Source of the DNA: Bilabrum cf. latius
Taxonomy: Eukaryota
Length of the DNA stretch: 64,000 nucleotides
Reading direction: 5' to 3'
Assembly (NCBI GenBank): GCA_965178125.1
Contig: OZ237750.1
Span: forward strand, 62,001-126,000
Shown here: positions 24,965 through 37,937 of the stretch, one piece after another
Layout of the letters: the number at the start of each line of letters is the position of its first letter
Position numbering within the stretch: position 1 is the stretch's first letter
Notes under the pieces: model-generated
Told to the model about the DNA's origin: nothing
Databases searched by the model: none
What the model saw: the letters and a program-made list of their open reading frames with translations, nothing else
Position numbers and translations under genes: made by a program

Positions 24965-27470
24965 CATGCGGAACCCAAAGCTCCCAGGTCTTATCCTTCG
25001 CCAGCTGCGTCTTGCGGCATTCGACCAGAGGCTCCTGGGCTTCTAGCTGACGAAAGGTTATCTAGCTTGGCCATGGCAGTCCAATCTCGTTGGCATTCGT
25101 GATACTCACACGATACCCACTTTGTCCCGACCGATCACCGTTTTCAATTCGAATGCGCACGCCCCACAGATATCGCAGTGCTTCACATCCGACGCGAACA
25201 GCCCCATGGCAATGCATGCCCTCCTGGAGGCCCTGCACGAACTGGCTCACGGGGTCCTCGTGAGCAATCTCGGATTTAAATGGCTCAATGCCGTCCTGCT
25301 CCATGGAGCCGTACACCTTGCCGACAGGGTTGAAATCAGTGGACCCTTCTGCGTCAGGGGTGGACGCTATGGTCTCGAGGCGAGTTCTAAATCTGACGCA
25401 GTCATGAGGCACAAATGATTCTGCCCCAGTGAACAGCTGGGCCACTCCAGCGAACCTCTTAGGTTGCTCGTCTCCTTTCGGACCCCTGCGACAGGAAGTA
25501 CCAGCGGAGGCGGCACCACCTTTGGCCGCACCATGCGAGGATTTGCCTCCTGACCCGGCACCCCCTTCGGCCGCACCATGCGAGGATTTGCCTCCTGACC
25601 CGGCACCATGGGCAGATGTGGTGCAGTCTTGTTTAGAATCGGCAGCAGCTATGCTGCCCCATCGACGAAATTCATAAAGTATTTGTGATGCCAGCTTATC
25701 TTCTTGCGACTGACTTGCTGGCGTCTCTTTACATTCCTACTCGATTGAGTAGATGGTCCCTCTGGTATCGGAATGACCGCTCTCGTCTGCACCACTGGTG
25801 ACCTACCAGTCCGGAGTATCACCTTGGCCCGACCCGGCCTGACCTTTAGCTGCAGTGGATTTAATAGCCGTCTCCCAATCAGTCGGGGTGCTGCCTTCTT
25901 CGCCACCAGAGGGCTCTACTGCGTTGTCCCCCTGATCAGGACTGTCGAAGATAAGCAGGATGCCCCCGTCACTTCTAGCAATCTCGTGTACCGTGGTCGC
26001 AAGCGTCGCGAGATCATGACACTGGAGCACACGTCGCAGGTTAGAGACACAGCGCCGCAGCTGCTCAATAATGGCCGGGGCCTTACCCGAATCCTGTTTG
26101 CGTAGATGGTCCAGGCGGTGCAGGTGGCGCAAGATGCCGGCGCAGATGCAGGACCGGGTGCGAAGCACTGCCTTTGCCGATCTCGATGGCACGCTGGTTT
26201 GCAATTCTTCGGGGGGACCACCTCTTCGAAATATCATGGCCTCCAGGTCGTCTCTAGCGCTAAATCCCCACCTCCTAGCTTCCAAAGCCTCGATCGCCGG
26301 CATGTCGCTTCGGCCATCCACTTCAGCCGCCAAATCATCGCATATATCTTGTAACGACACAAAATAAATGCCCCCGCCGAAGTGCTCTCGCTCTCTGAAG
26401 TAACGCGCTACTTCAAGCGCAGCTGTGGTCTTGCCTGACTTCTGATCACCAGACAGCCCCACGCAACCACCCATCATTAGTTGTTGGATGATGGCGTGCA
26501 TGCCAGTAGCAGTGCTCTATCGGATCTTTTTGAGGGTATCAAAGCCGTGCACCGTCAAATAGAGCGGTGCTGGGGCCAGCCAGGGCTTCCTGTCGGCGCA
26601 GTCCACGATGAGGAGGTTGCGAGCAGCTCGACATGACTCTTCATGCTGGCGTGTCATCTCAGGCAGCGCCAGATGTTGGCTCTCCATAGCTGTAACAGTC
26701 GCTACATACTGCTTGTGTATCTCCTCGCTTTTTCTTTCCGTGATCCCCGTGCTCAGACCCTCAGGCGGCGGGAACAAGTGGATACCCTCGGAGTGCCGCT
26801 TTCCACCGGACCCTCGAAATTGACGCTTTGCGACGTCAAATGCGTGCGACACCTCTGTGCCAAGCGCTAAGCAGTAGTAAAACTCTTCTGCATACTTCGT
26901 GCATAAATCGTCAAACGCTTGTATACTGAAGCCCAGCGTCACTGCCGCTCGCCCTGTGCGCTCGAGACTCTACTTCATCGCCGTCTACAACTCCTTCGCC
27001 AGCCCATACGAGTTACAAGCAGCGAGAAAAATCAAGTCAGGGCACGCTCTACCGCCACGTTCAATGGTCTTGTAGAAATCCTCTACGGTTATCTCTTGAA
27101 CGTTGCCATCTTGATCCTCGAGTAAAATACAAGCTTTGTCACCATGCGCGGCAACATGGAGCACAATGCATGCGCATCTAAGATCTGCAGGTTCCTCTTG
27201 GACGGCTTTGTCTCCGCCTGACTAGAGGAATCGTGGACAACTCTCGAAAACGTGTTGAATATCTTTGGAGGACGGCAAGTTACCGATGGTAGAAGCAACA
27301 ACAATCGGCTTTCCAGATCTCTCTAAGACAGAATATAAACGGTTTATTTCAAAACGAGATCGCATAATGTTCAGCGTTTTCGCTTCACCTACACAAGCAT
27401 TGGCTCCTCCTAAACCATCTTTTCCGGAGCCATAGTAAGGGTCAGCTGTAACATACCACAAACCCTGCAT
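24965..27470 (-). CDS. 5' part of the giant multidomain protein: CHAT (caspase-fold) protease domain plus first P-loop NTPase; start codon tentative
   Basis: One frame through TAGs. CHAT motifs VLHVAAHG (His) and LIFLAACNS (Cys), then AEEFYYCLALGTEVSHAFDVAK. Walker A GDQKSGKT followed by FGGGIYFVSL; Walker B-like LLIFD. Confidence 0.8.
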
Positions 27471-28202
27471 ACTTGCCTGTATTGCTTGGCAATTCTATGG
27501 GCTCTGCGCAAACAAGGGTCTAAAATTCGGCAAGTATGCTGGACATAGGATTTTTGGATACGACTGTCCAATGCAACACTTTGCTTGTTCGACCTCACAC
27601 TATTCGTAGCACGACCGATAAAGACCAGATCTATGTATTGACCAATTGCTGTATGCTATGATTTGTGCAATACCGTTCAAAACGGTGGTAAAGTATGAAG
27701 ATCGGGGTCTTCGACGGGCGGTCTGGCCCAGTGCTGCAACAGATCGTTACTAATAAATTTAACATGATTTTCTGATTTTTGTTGGCACCTGCTCGCAACA
27801 GGGGAGGAGTGTGGTTTCTTTACCCTACAAATTATTCTGGTATTCTGGTATTCTGGAGTAGTACCACGGTCAGGTTGATGGGGTGTTCGGCCCTGGTTCA
27901 CTGCCTACCACTGCAGCACTGCAACCGCGTGGCTCCGACGGGCGATTGATCCTTCGTGTTCGTGCGGGTATTTACCCTCGTTCCTGTTCCCCTACTCCAG
28001 AACTGACAGACAAGGTGGCTGTGGAGATGACTCGCCGAGAGTCATCGCTGCAGTCACGTGGTCTTCAGGCAGAGTGGGTCTCCGGTGACTGGGCCAGTCG
28101 AACTTCAGAGGAGAAGGGCAAGATAAGGAAGGCATGGGCGCACCATGGCCTACGTCTTGAATCTCACCCACAACCTCTGGAGAAGGACAGGCGTGGAGTC
28201 GC

Positions 28203-28284
28203 TGACGCGCATACCCTCTTTGTATGTCCTGGTAATTACCCAATCTCAGCCCATCTCCCGAACACAAAGAGGGTATGCGCGTCA
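28203..28284. repeat. Perfect 21-bp inverted repeat with 40-nt loop
   Basis: TGACGCGCATACCCTCTTTGT (28203-28223) and ACAAAGAGGGTATGCGCGTCA (28264-28284). Confidence 0.9.
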
Positions 28285-29073
28285 TCGCAAAGCAATCCGT
28301 TGGCTTGGTCGCACCTTCCCGGTTGCGACCGCCAGCGGAACCCAATGCGACGTTCCCGCGCTCCCACTCTGACATCAACACCGAACCCGTACGGCGTTAG
28401 GATTAGCTTTCACAAAATATCAGATCCCCCCAAAAAGGATCTATGGCTCGCCATTCGGTCGCCGCCTAGCACCAGCACATTCGCGGGGAAAGGCATGTGT
28501 ACCACACTAGCACTACGTACTCAAAGATCCTCGGCTTTGTCTCGAAGGGTTCAAAGAGGGCTGCAGCAAAAGCCAAACGGGCTCTAGTAAGGGCGGTCCA
28601 GGAGGACTCTGCCAGCCTGGCTGTATGGGCAGCCGAAATTAACAACCTCGCCATGGCGGTCGCCAACATCAAGGCACGGTTGGAATAGATCCATGGATGG
28701 GGCAGAAGGATGAGGTGCCTGTGGTGAGTGGCTGAGCGTCCGTGAACGTTGACACAAAATCCGGAGAAAATGGGTCCTTGTCGCAACGAACGCGCGAAGA
28801 CGTATTAGCCGGGCCATGTGGTCGTTATGTAGCCGGCAGTTTGACTCGCATCAACGGATCATGATGTGCCATGGATGCCAGGCAACCGCACGAAGCAATG
28901 TCTGCGCTAACGGCAGGCTGCGCGGCCGCCACAACTGCTAGCAACAGTGAGTAGATCTAGGAAAGCGACCTAGGATAACACTGTGACAAAAAGTCGCACA
29001 GCCCTGACCCTCTCCACGTAAGCTAAACTAGATCTAGATCTCAACATCAGCTGTTCGATCGACTCGATGTCCC

Positions 29074-32000
29074 TTACTGCACCTCCCCACCGCCAGCCGC
29101 ATCAGACCGTGCCCCATCGGCCGCAGGTCCTGCAGAGCCAGACCGCCCGGCGGCACCTTCCCCTTCCTCCGTGTCTGTACCCTCGCTCTCCCGCTCGACG
29201 ATGGGCCCCAGCCCCGTGTTCAGCGAAGGTTCCCTAATCGGTTCCTCCGCGGTGCTCCCGCTGTCCCCGCTGCCATTGTGCACTGCACCTGACTGCAAGA
29301 AGGGAGACGAGCCGCCCGAGGCCCCGGTATTCCGCTCCGCTACCGCGCTCGTCCTCAGCTTGGAGGGGCTACCCCTTGTTCCCTGGGCGTGCCCCACTTG
29401 CTCGGACCTCGCGTTCCTCATGGCAGTGGCCCGCTTGGCCTCGGCCATCTGCTGCTTGACGTCCTCCTCGAACTGGTCAAGGCCAGTGGGCAGGTTGGTA
29501 GGGTCTACCTTCCATCGGTGGTAGCTGTACATGAGCACCTCGGTGCCCTTCCACAGCGCCGCTGCTGCCCTGTCCAGAGGCAGCCGCATCCCGTCCACGC
29601 TGCCACCGGGAGGGAGGGCAGCAAGCGCATCCGCGGGCTCTGGCTCCCCCTCCTGCCCCTCCCTGGCCTCACCCTCCCAATGGCTGCCCTTGGACGCGCC
29701 CCCATCCGCCTTCTTCCTGGCCTCCTCCGCCGCGGACAGGCCCAGGAGGGTCATCCTCCTCTCCACCTGGTCCCAGGCGCATGCGTCCGACCACCAAGTG
29801 GCCAGGGGTGAAGCGGGGCTGCTATTCTGCCCCTTACCCTGGCTCTGCGGCTCGCCCATCGTCGCGTGATCGCTGCTGCCAGCACCAGCGGCAGGACCAG
29901 TGGTACTAGAGCCGCCCTCAACTGGCCTTGTGCCTCTAGTGTGGTTATCCTTGTCGAGTGCGATGCTGCGATGCAATGGAAGAGGGGCCGCACCCGTCGA
30001 TGTCTCGAATCCGTACATGCCCTTCATCGTGCTGCCTTCTCCAGGGGCGCACACGACGGCCAGCGGTCCCAGCTGGGACGCGACCACCTGCGCGGCGGCC
30101 TGCTTGCCCAGCGACCGAATGCTGTCCCGGCCGAGGCCGGGCTGGAGACCCACGGCATCGCACGCCTGGGCGTCCAGCTTACCATTCGTCACACCTGCGC
30201 CCGTGCACCGCATCACTCCGTCTTGGTCCAGAGCGAACGCATGTGCGCCCAGCAGGCCGTGGGCCAGCACACCGTGCTTGTACTTCCGGAGGGCACGGTC
30301 CACGGGCGAGTCCGCGATGTCGTCATCCTCATCATCGTCATCAAGCTCATCCTGGCCCTCCGAGCTCGACTCCGCGTCTGCAGTGTCTGGTGCAATTCCG
30401 GCGGCGTCGGCTGTAGCAGTATCATCGGAGGGCGCCGCAAGCGATGATCCGGCGGCAGCCGCGGATGCAGCGAAGCTCAGCGAGAGCTGCAGCCCTTTGC
30501 CCGCATCGCTGCCGCTGCCACCACCCTTCGCGACGGAATCACCATCCCCTTCTCCTCCGGCCTCCTCCAACGGGTCGACATCATCGCCACCATCGCCAGC
30601 AACCGAGCTCGCTTTCTGCGCGTTGACAGCCTCAAGCTGACACACAACGAACTTCTTCATGCCCTCGGGTGTCTCCCCCTGCTTGAGCGGGAGCAGTTCC
30701 TCCGGCATGAGGGCCTGCCTGGAGCTCTGCAGAGTGAGGTAGTCTTCCTGCGCGCCAGACCACGTGTGTCCCTTTTCCACGGCATTCATGCTCGCTTCCC
30801 TGTGCTCCTCGGCGGCAGAGCGGCGGGTCATGCTGCGGCTGCGGCTGCGGCTTCTCGAGTTCTTGTAGGCGGCAGCGCCCTTCCTGCCCTCCGTGGCATC
30901 GGCTCTCTTCTGGCCCGAACCAGTCGCGAGACTGAGACTACCTTCCTTCTTCTTGTCCTGCTATTTGAGAGCCGAGACATCCATGGCTTCCACGCTGCCT
31001 CCAAGCGAGGGGTGCTCCCCGAACCCTGCGAAGCCAGGGCCATACAGCGCCGCTCGCAGGGCAAGGATGGCGTCCTCGGCAGCGAGACGGAGGTGCGGCT
31101 CGGGGTTGAGGAGGTGCCTCAGGATGGCCTGCAGTGCCGAGGGGCAGGCGTGCTCGGGTAGCTCCGGCAGGCGTTCCAGCAGGTCATTGTACTCGTGAAC
31201 GGGCGGGAACTGGAAGGGACCCTTGGTCTTTCCCGTCGCGATGGCCTGCGCAGCAGCTAGCTCCCACACGATCTTGGCCGCAGACCACGCATCGGAGGCC
31301 AGGTACACCTGAGCCAGCGTGTGGGGTCGGAAGCCCTCCTGCTCCTGCAGCTTGGTGAGGTATCCTCCCTGCTGCAACCGGAGCAGCTCGGGGGCAGTGG
31401 CCTCCCTCAGGCCGCCGCCCGTGAGCTCCGCCTGTCTGAAGGGGACAGCGTCGCTGAGCAGGTGCTGCGAGTCGTAGACAGAGGGCTTCCTGCTGGGCGT
31501 CCTCGACTCGTCCAGCCCCAGCCCCTCGAGGCCATCCCCGACGTCCTCTCGGCCAGAGTTGCCCGAGGGCTTGGCGACGAACACCTCATGCACGGTGTCC
31601 CCGTGGCTCCCTCCAGTCATCAGATCCATGTGGGTCGATGTGCGGCTACCCATGGACAGACCTCCAATGGTCCTGCCGGCGACGCTCCCGAGCCTCGATG
31701 AGTCCCGCATGAGCTTCCGCCTGAGAAACATGGACTGCACCGCAGCATCCTCCGACTCGTACGCGCCCATCAGGTGCATCTCCTCGCTGCGGGCAGAGCT
31801 CGTCACTGTGACTCCCCGACCCCAGCCGCAGACGAGCAGCCGGCCCTCGGCGCACACGTGCACGTTGGCACCGCGGAGGTCACGGTGCACCACGCCGGCA
31901 CGGGTCCTGGCATCATCTACGGCCTGCAACAGCTGCAGAAGCCACAGCGAAAGGAGGCGCCCGGATAGCATCGGCGGCTGGCGAAGGAATTGCTTTGTGG

Positions 32001-35000
32001 CCGCGTCGTCAATCTCCTGCTCGTGCGAAGGCGTGAGCGTGACCCTGGGCGGGTCCACCTTGACGCGCAGCTTGCTACGCGACTTGTGCCTGCGTCGGTC
32101 CGCCGGCATGTTGGCAGCGGTGCCGCCGCTGATGCTCCTGCCGCCAGCTGAGGCAACTGCAGCTCCCTTTGGGCTCACCACTGGCTGGACTTGGTCTTGC
32201 GATACTGTCGCGCTTCCACCCTTCGAGCTAGCGTCAGTGGTATCAGCTTGTCCAGCCGAGCTGGCGTTGGATCCTGCCGTTGCGGCCGGCACAGCACTAC
32301 CTGCCGCCTGTGCATCGGCAGAAGCAGAGTCGCCTGCTTGTGACCGAGAGGCACCTGCAGCGGATGCCTCGTTCGCTACTGTCCCAGGGACACCGTCAGT
32401 CGCATCCTTGCTGCTGGAAGTGTCCGCGCCTTTGCCGGCATCACTCGCAAGTACTGTACCCGCGTCTGCCGCGCTGTTGCTTTCATCTTCTTCGTCTTCC
32501 GAGTCGGACTCGACCACTTTCTTCCTCTTGGTCCTGCGTGCGCCAACACACCAGCCAAAGCAACCCGCCTGCAGCTCGATCTCATCCTCTTCCGATTCGC
32601 TCTCTGAAGCATCGGACTCGATGCTATGGTCATCGAAATTGCCAGCTTCAGCTGCAGCTGCGGCGTCGGTATCGGCAGCATGGCCTGCATGTTCGTCCGG
32701 TGCACCCACAGCTGCTGCTGCATTCCCTGTTCCCGCTCCCTTGGGAGTCGCGGGGTGCCCATGCCCATAGTCCTGGTCGTGGCCACTGGCGTGCGCTTTC
32801 TACCCGAGCTTGCGAGCCACAACAGCCGCCGAGAAGGCGTTACCCGGCAGCTTCTTCCTGCCGCGCGTTGACGAGCGCTTGCCGCCTCCCTCAGCGAAAA
32901 ACTTCGCGTCTGATTCCTGCTGCAGCTTTCTCCTCAGCTGCTCGCGGGCCTCGCCTCTCATGTGCTCGTAGGCAGCGATCACCAGGTCACGCACGGCGAC
33001 TTGCACATCGTGCATGGTAGTGCGGGTCAGAGACGGCGGTAGCACCTGCCACTGAGTGGCCGGGCTGACCGCGCCGGCCTGCAGGAGGGCCGGGTCCACG
33101 GCCGGCAGCAGGAGCGTGGAGGCCCCGGTGAACGTGGACACGTGCGCTCCTGCATGGGGCGAGTGGCGCATGAGCCGAGACAGGGCGTACTCTCGCGCGC
33201 GCCTCTGCCGGTAGCTGTCGTAGTCGTAGTGCTGCAGCCTGACCTGCGGCATGCCGCCCTGTGGCGAGACGGAGGACCGCAGCACGGAATGGGTTCCGGT
33301 GTGCAGCGGCGCGTTGGAGCGCAGCACCATGATGCCGTGCTTGGGGTGGAACAGGACGAGATCCACACCGTCGTCGTCCGTGACAGCGACGCTGCCGTGC
33401 GACTTGCGCTCGCCGTACGGGAGCACGGTGCTGCGCGCCTGCCAAGCTTGAGAAGGCCTCGCCGTGACGAGCTGCTGCCCGTCGGGACCGGCCACGAGCT
33501 GCACCTAATACCCGCCCTGGGTGTCGGACGGGTCCACCCCTGTCTGCAGCAGAGGGTAAGGAGCTGCTTCCACGCCCCGCCTTTCTGTCTCCGCGGCTGG
33601 AGGCACCCCGTCCATGCCTCCGATCACGATGCGCAGGTGGGTCTCCGGGCGGGGGCCTTGCTGCGCTGCTGCTGGAGCGGCTTGAGAGCCGGTATCGCTG
33701 GTACACTCGGCTGCAACGGTCTACAGCGAGACTCTCCTCGACTTGGCGGGTGCGATAGCATCGATCACGACCCACTCGTCATCTTTCTTCGAGACGCGCA
33801 TCTATGACGGCAGACCGCTGACGTACTGCTGCCTCACCCCAACGATTGACCCTGCGATGCCCGTGGCGCTTGCACCGGCCATGCGCCGGCTGCTGTGTAG
33901 CATGGGTCCTACACGCGGAGCACCCTGAGTGGCACTGGAACGATGATCTCCAGCGGTAGCGGCAGCTTCCTCCAGACGAACTGAGACGAACCACATGCTG
34001 GACTTTTCGGTTCCGTTCTTGCCCACGCGTCGCGTGCAGCCCATGAACGTGGGGTGCTCCCTGGGCTTTGCCTGAGTCATCACATGTTCCCCAATGCGGT
34101 CGCTGTCAATCTTGAGCTGCATCTCAGCGTCTGCGATCGCCTTGGGCTCCCTGAGGGGTGGCCACGCCTCGGTCGGGATGTACCTCCACGTCTTGCCCCA
34201 GCTAACCACGCTGTTGACGGCCTCCCGGTCGATGCGAAGCATGGCGCTCACGGCGTCCTGCAGAGGCCCCCTCACCTGCTGCATGAGCTCGAGCTGCTTG
34301 CGCATGCTGTCAGCGAACACGGAGCGCTCGATGGCGCGCGACTGGGCCAGCACGGCCTCGCTCCACGCAACGAGGCGCACCAGGGGCATCTTGCCCGGCC
34401 CCGCGGATCCCTTGCCGCCATGTGCCACCATGGCGGTGCTTGTGACCTCCGTGCCAGAAGGCTCCTGCCTGCCGGGAGAGGGCACCTAGCCCCACACCCC
34501 GCTCCTCTCAGAGTCGCGAGACATCGCCGTGCCCTCGCTGTCCTCCTTGGCCGGCTCCTCTTGCGGCAGCCCCATGATGCGCCGGATGAGAGACACCATG
34601 GCGGGCTTGCGGGTGCTTGCCCAGTTGTGCAGCGCCGCGGCAGTCTCCCGCTCGTGGAAGCGCCTCCTCTCGTCAATGCTGAGGCCCTGGTACAGCTCCA
34701 GCCCCCTGAGGCTGCCATCCTCGCGCAAGTGGCGCAGCGGGGGCACCAGCATGAGGGCCTCCTGCTTGCGACCGGCACGGCCGCCCTTGAACTGTTCCCC
34801 GAGAATCTCGCTCCGAGTTGCCACGAGAGAGCCGGCAGCAAGCGCCTCCACCACGTCCTCGCGGAAATCGCCCACCTCGCTGCTGGGCTCGTCGCACGCA
34901 CCAGCAGCCGTGCCGGCACTAGAGCTCGCCGCTCCGCCTGTGGCCTAGCCTGTTTCGCCTGCCGGGGAGTCTAGCACGCCCTGCTCGAGCTGCAGCATCA

Positions 35001-36999
35001 GCTCCCTCGACAGCTGAAACTTGCCGCCCTCCTCCGCCTGCTTGCGCACCCGCTCGCGGACGTGCCTGGCACTCCGAAGCCAGCTCAGGTCCTGCCCTCG
35101 CTCCCCGCCTCCTTGCTCCAGCACGAAGCGCAGCGCCTGGCCCATTCCCCAGGCCGCCTGCGCGTACAGCGCCGCTTCCGGCGCGATCCTGCTGGCGCTG
35201 CCTGCGGCCGTGCCCAGCAGCTTTCTCAGCCGCCTGGTCTGTCCCTCGGCCACGTCCGCGCGTCTCTCAGCCTGTCGTGCTGCCGCCTGTGCCCGCTTCA
35301 GCCTTTCCTCCAGAGTTTCTGCCGAGTCCTGCTTCTTCTCCACGACCTCCACCCTGTCCCTGTGGTACTTGAGGACCGAGGTGACCAGCGAGGTGAACCC
35401 AGCCACGTGGTTGCTGAGGCCCACGCCCAGGTCCTCCCGCCTGTCCTCCATGTACTTATTGAAGTCGGTCAGGCTGGCCTTCACGGTGCCCTTGAGGGTA
35501 CCGAACTCGCTCGCGGTCTTGTGCACGGCGGTCTTGAGCCGCAGCAGCTTCCTCAGCAGCACGTTGCTCTGCTGGTTCACAGCGTCGGCCTCCCCGAGCC
35601 GCTTCTGCTGCTCTTTCTGGTTCAGCTGCGGCACAGCCACTTCCACGTCTCGCAGGATCGCTGCGCATCCGTCGTCTCGAAAGAACACAGTGGGGTGGTA
35701 CTGCGCCCCGCTCGGCATACCCCCGTGCAGCATCAGCCAGCGGCCACTCTCCGCGAGGGAAATGGTGCGGGCGTACAGCGTGCCGGTGGCCCTGGCTCCT
35801 GGCTTCCCGATCATCGCCGGTGGAGGCTGCACCACAAGCATGAACTGGTACTGCAGGGCACTGCCGGCCAATTTGGGCCTGAGCTGGGCCCGGAACACGG
35901 CCCACTCCTGCTCCCTTGCTGATACAGCCCGACCTCCCATCGCAGGCGGGTCTTCCGAGTGGTGGCCATCTGTGCCCGCAACCGTCGTGCGCTTCCCGTC
36001 CACGTACACGTCGCCCGTCTGCACGTCAATCGCGACGGAACCCGGCGAGCTGAAGGCGGACCCGGTCCGGAGGGGGGCGCAGGACACCCCGATCAGAGCA
36101 TCGGGCCGCCAGCCAGCCTTTGGGTTGGACTGATCTGCACTCGTCACATCGATAGCCCATCGCATGCGCCCTTGCAGGAGACCCTGTTCGGCTGTCACGG
36201 CCAGGTGCGCCGATCCCAGCCCGCTCATCTCCTTCCTGCTGTCCCAGTCGCGCCGCACTGCCACTGAGGCTGGCTGGCCTGCGGCACCGCCCGCACGGAC
36301 TTTCTCACCCTCCAGGAAACGCACGGACTTCTTGGACCCGGTGGCAGCACCGCTGGGGACGTCTCGCGGGCTTTCTTTTACTCGCTAGATATTGACGACC
36401 TTGCTCAGCTTGGGAGCGTAGTACCCCTTGAATGACTAGGGGTTGGCGGGGACAGGCTGGCTGTTCCAGTTGACGAGAGGGTCTGCTTTATTCTCCACGA
36501 TCCTCTTCATTTGTTGGCTGAGTCCTGACACGTTTTCGATGAAGGCGGGCACGTCGAAATCGTCTGGTGTGACTTCGCTAGAGCCGGCATCCGAGCCGTT
36601 GTCGGAGCCACTCCCGGTTGCACCGCCATCAGGGGACTGCGGGTTGCTCGGCTCCAACTCCGCCGCATGTCCGTCTCCAATAGCTCTAATATGAGCTTCC
36701 ATGGGCTACGATGGGTCCTCCTAGGGATTCTGTCCAGGTCTGCCGGTCGTAGCAGTTGCAACAAGTACAGTCGGTGGCTGCACATCGGAACCAGCATCAT
36801 TTGCCCCTCGATCCTCAACGCTAGGTGCATCAGTGAATTTGCCTGTCTCTCTTCTTCCCATGACACCTTCTTCAATTTCTCCGGTGTTTCCTGCGGCCTT
36901 GTCTTGGTCTGACTTTCCATCCGAATCAGGTTCATCGTCGTACGGACTACCGAGAGAAGCCTCCTTTCGAAGCTACTCCAGACTGTGTGAGTAAACCAT
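29074..36999 (-). CDS. ~2,640-aa protein: SPRY-like domain, coiled coil and divergent protein kinase domain (PINK1-like C-lobe)
   Basis: ATG 36999; seven ORF pieces in one frame joined by TAG; ends TAA 29074-29076. Kinase motifs LLQLLQAVD, GVVHRDLRGAN, GWG in place of DFG, TAPE, SDAWS, LPELPE, LRAALYGPG. SPRY-like RWAIDV...LIGVS...YHPTVFF. Confidence 0.72.
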
Positions 37000-37937
37000 T
37001 TAAACGAAATATTATGTGTCGCTTACAACAATATAGCCTTTACATGGGGCTGAACAGGTGACTGGATAAGACAGAAGCTTGCGGCACGCTGACTTGCGTC
37101 ACATGTCTGTAACTGCGATTTAAAGACCGACTCACGACATGTAGCAGCATTGGCACATGGAATAAAAGAACTAGCACCACTATCCGCAAGTTGGGCCACC
37201 CGTTCGTGCTATCAAACAAAGAGCCAGACGTTAACGAAACAACACGTTACCTCAGCCGGGGCCAGTGCATGGTTACCCTTTGACCTTCGCTCAATGGGGG
37301 GACTACGGGTCTTTTGATCACCTTGTTCTCTAAGGTCATCTTTGATGGCCCTACCTTGGGGGTGTGACAACCATTCGTGGTTGCACACTGCTTTATTCTC
37401 CACGATCCTCTTCATTTGTGCCCGACAAGTTATTCTGGTATTTTATTCTGGTATTATTTTGGGTCAACATTTTTGATGATCGTCGACTCCCCGTTTGCAA
37501 GACTGACGATATTCTTTCCCAATGTAGCGGCGCAGACAATGATCAGCCGAGGACTCGACTTATCACTCCGCGGACCCATTCCACTGGCAGAGGCGCTAGT
37601 GGCGCTGCCCGCGGCCCGGCTTGCCAAGCAGTGCTCACTCCCGCTGGCAGAGGCATCCCCGGCCTGCGCTTTGGCCGTATCGGGTCCCTGCTCGGCTTGG
37701 TTAGCCTCTACGTCCTCACCCTCTCCGCTGCCCCCCTTGACTTCTACCGTGCCCGAACTCATCTTCACATCCTCCAATATGAGCTGACGGAACTGGAGGA
37801 GGGTCTTGCGGGTCTGGTCCACTCTGGGAGCGCGCGGATAAAAAGCAACAATCCCATCATTACTCGGCCCATTCGCTCACGAACACATTTAAACGCGCAA
37901 TTGTAACTAAAAAATAATGCTGACATGCACCAAATTT

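Noticed and set aside
27883-28688. Plus-strand gene in the gap between the CHAT and kinase genes
   Set aside because: Protein-like stretches fall in different frames and I could not build a consistent gene model or recognise a family.
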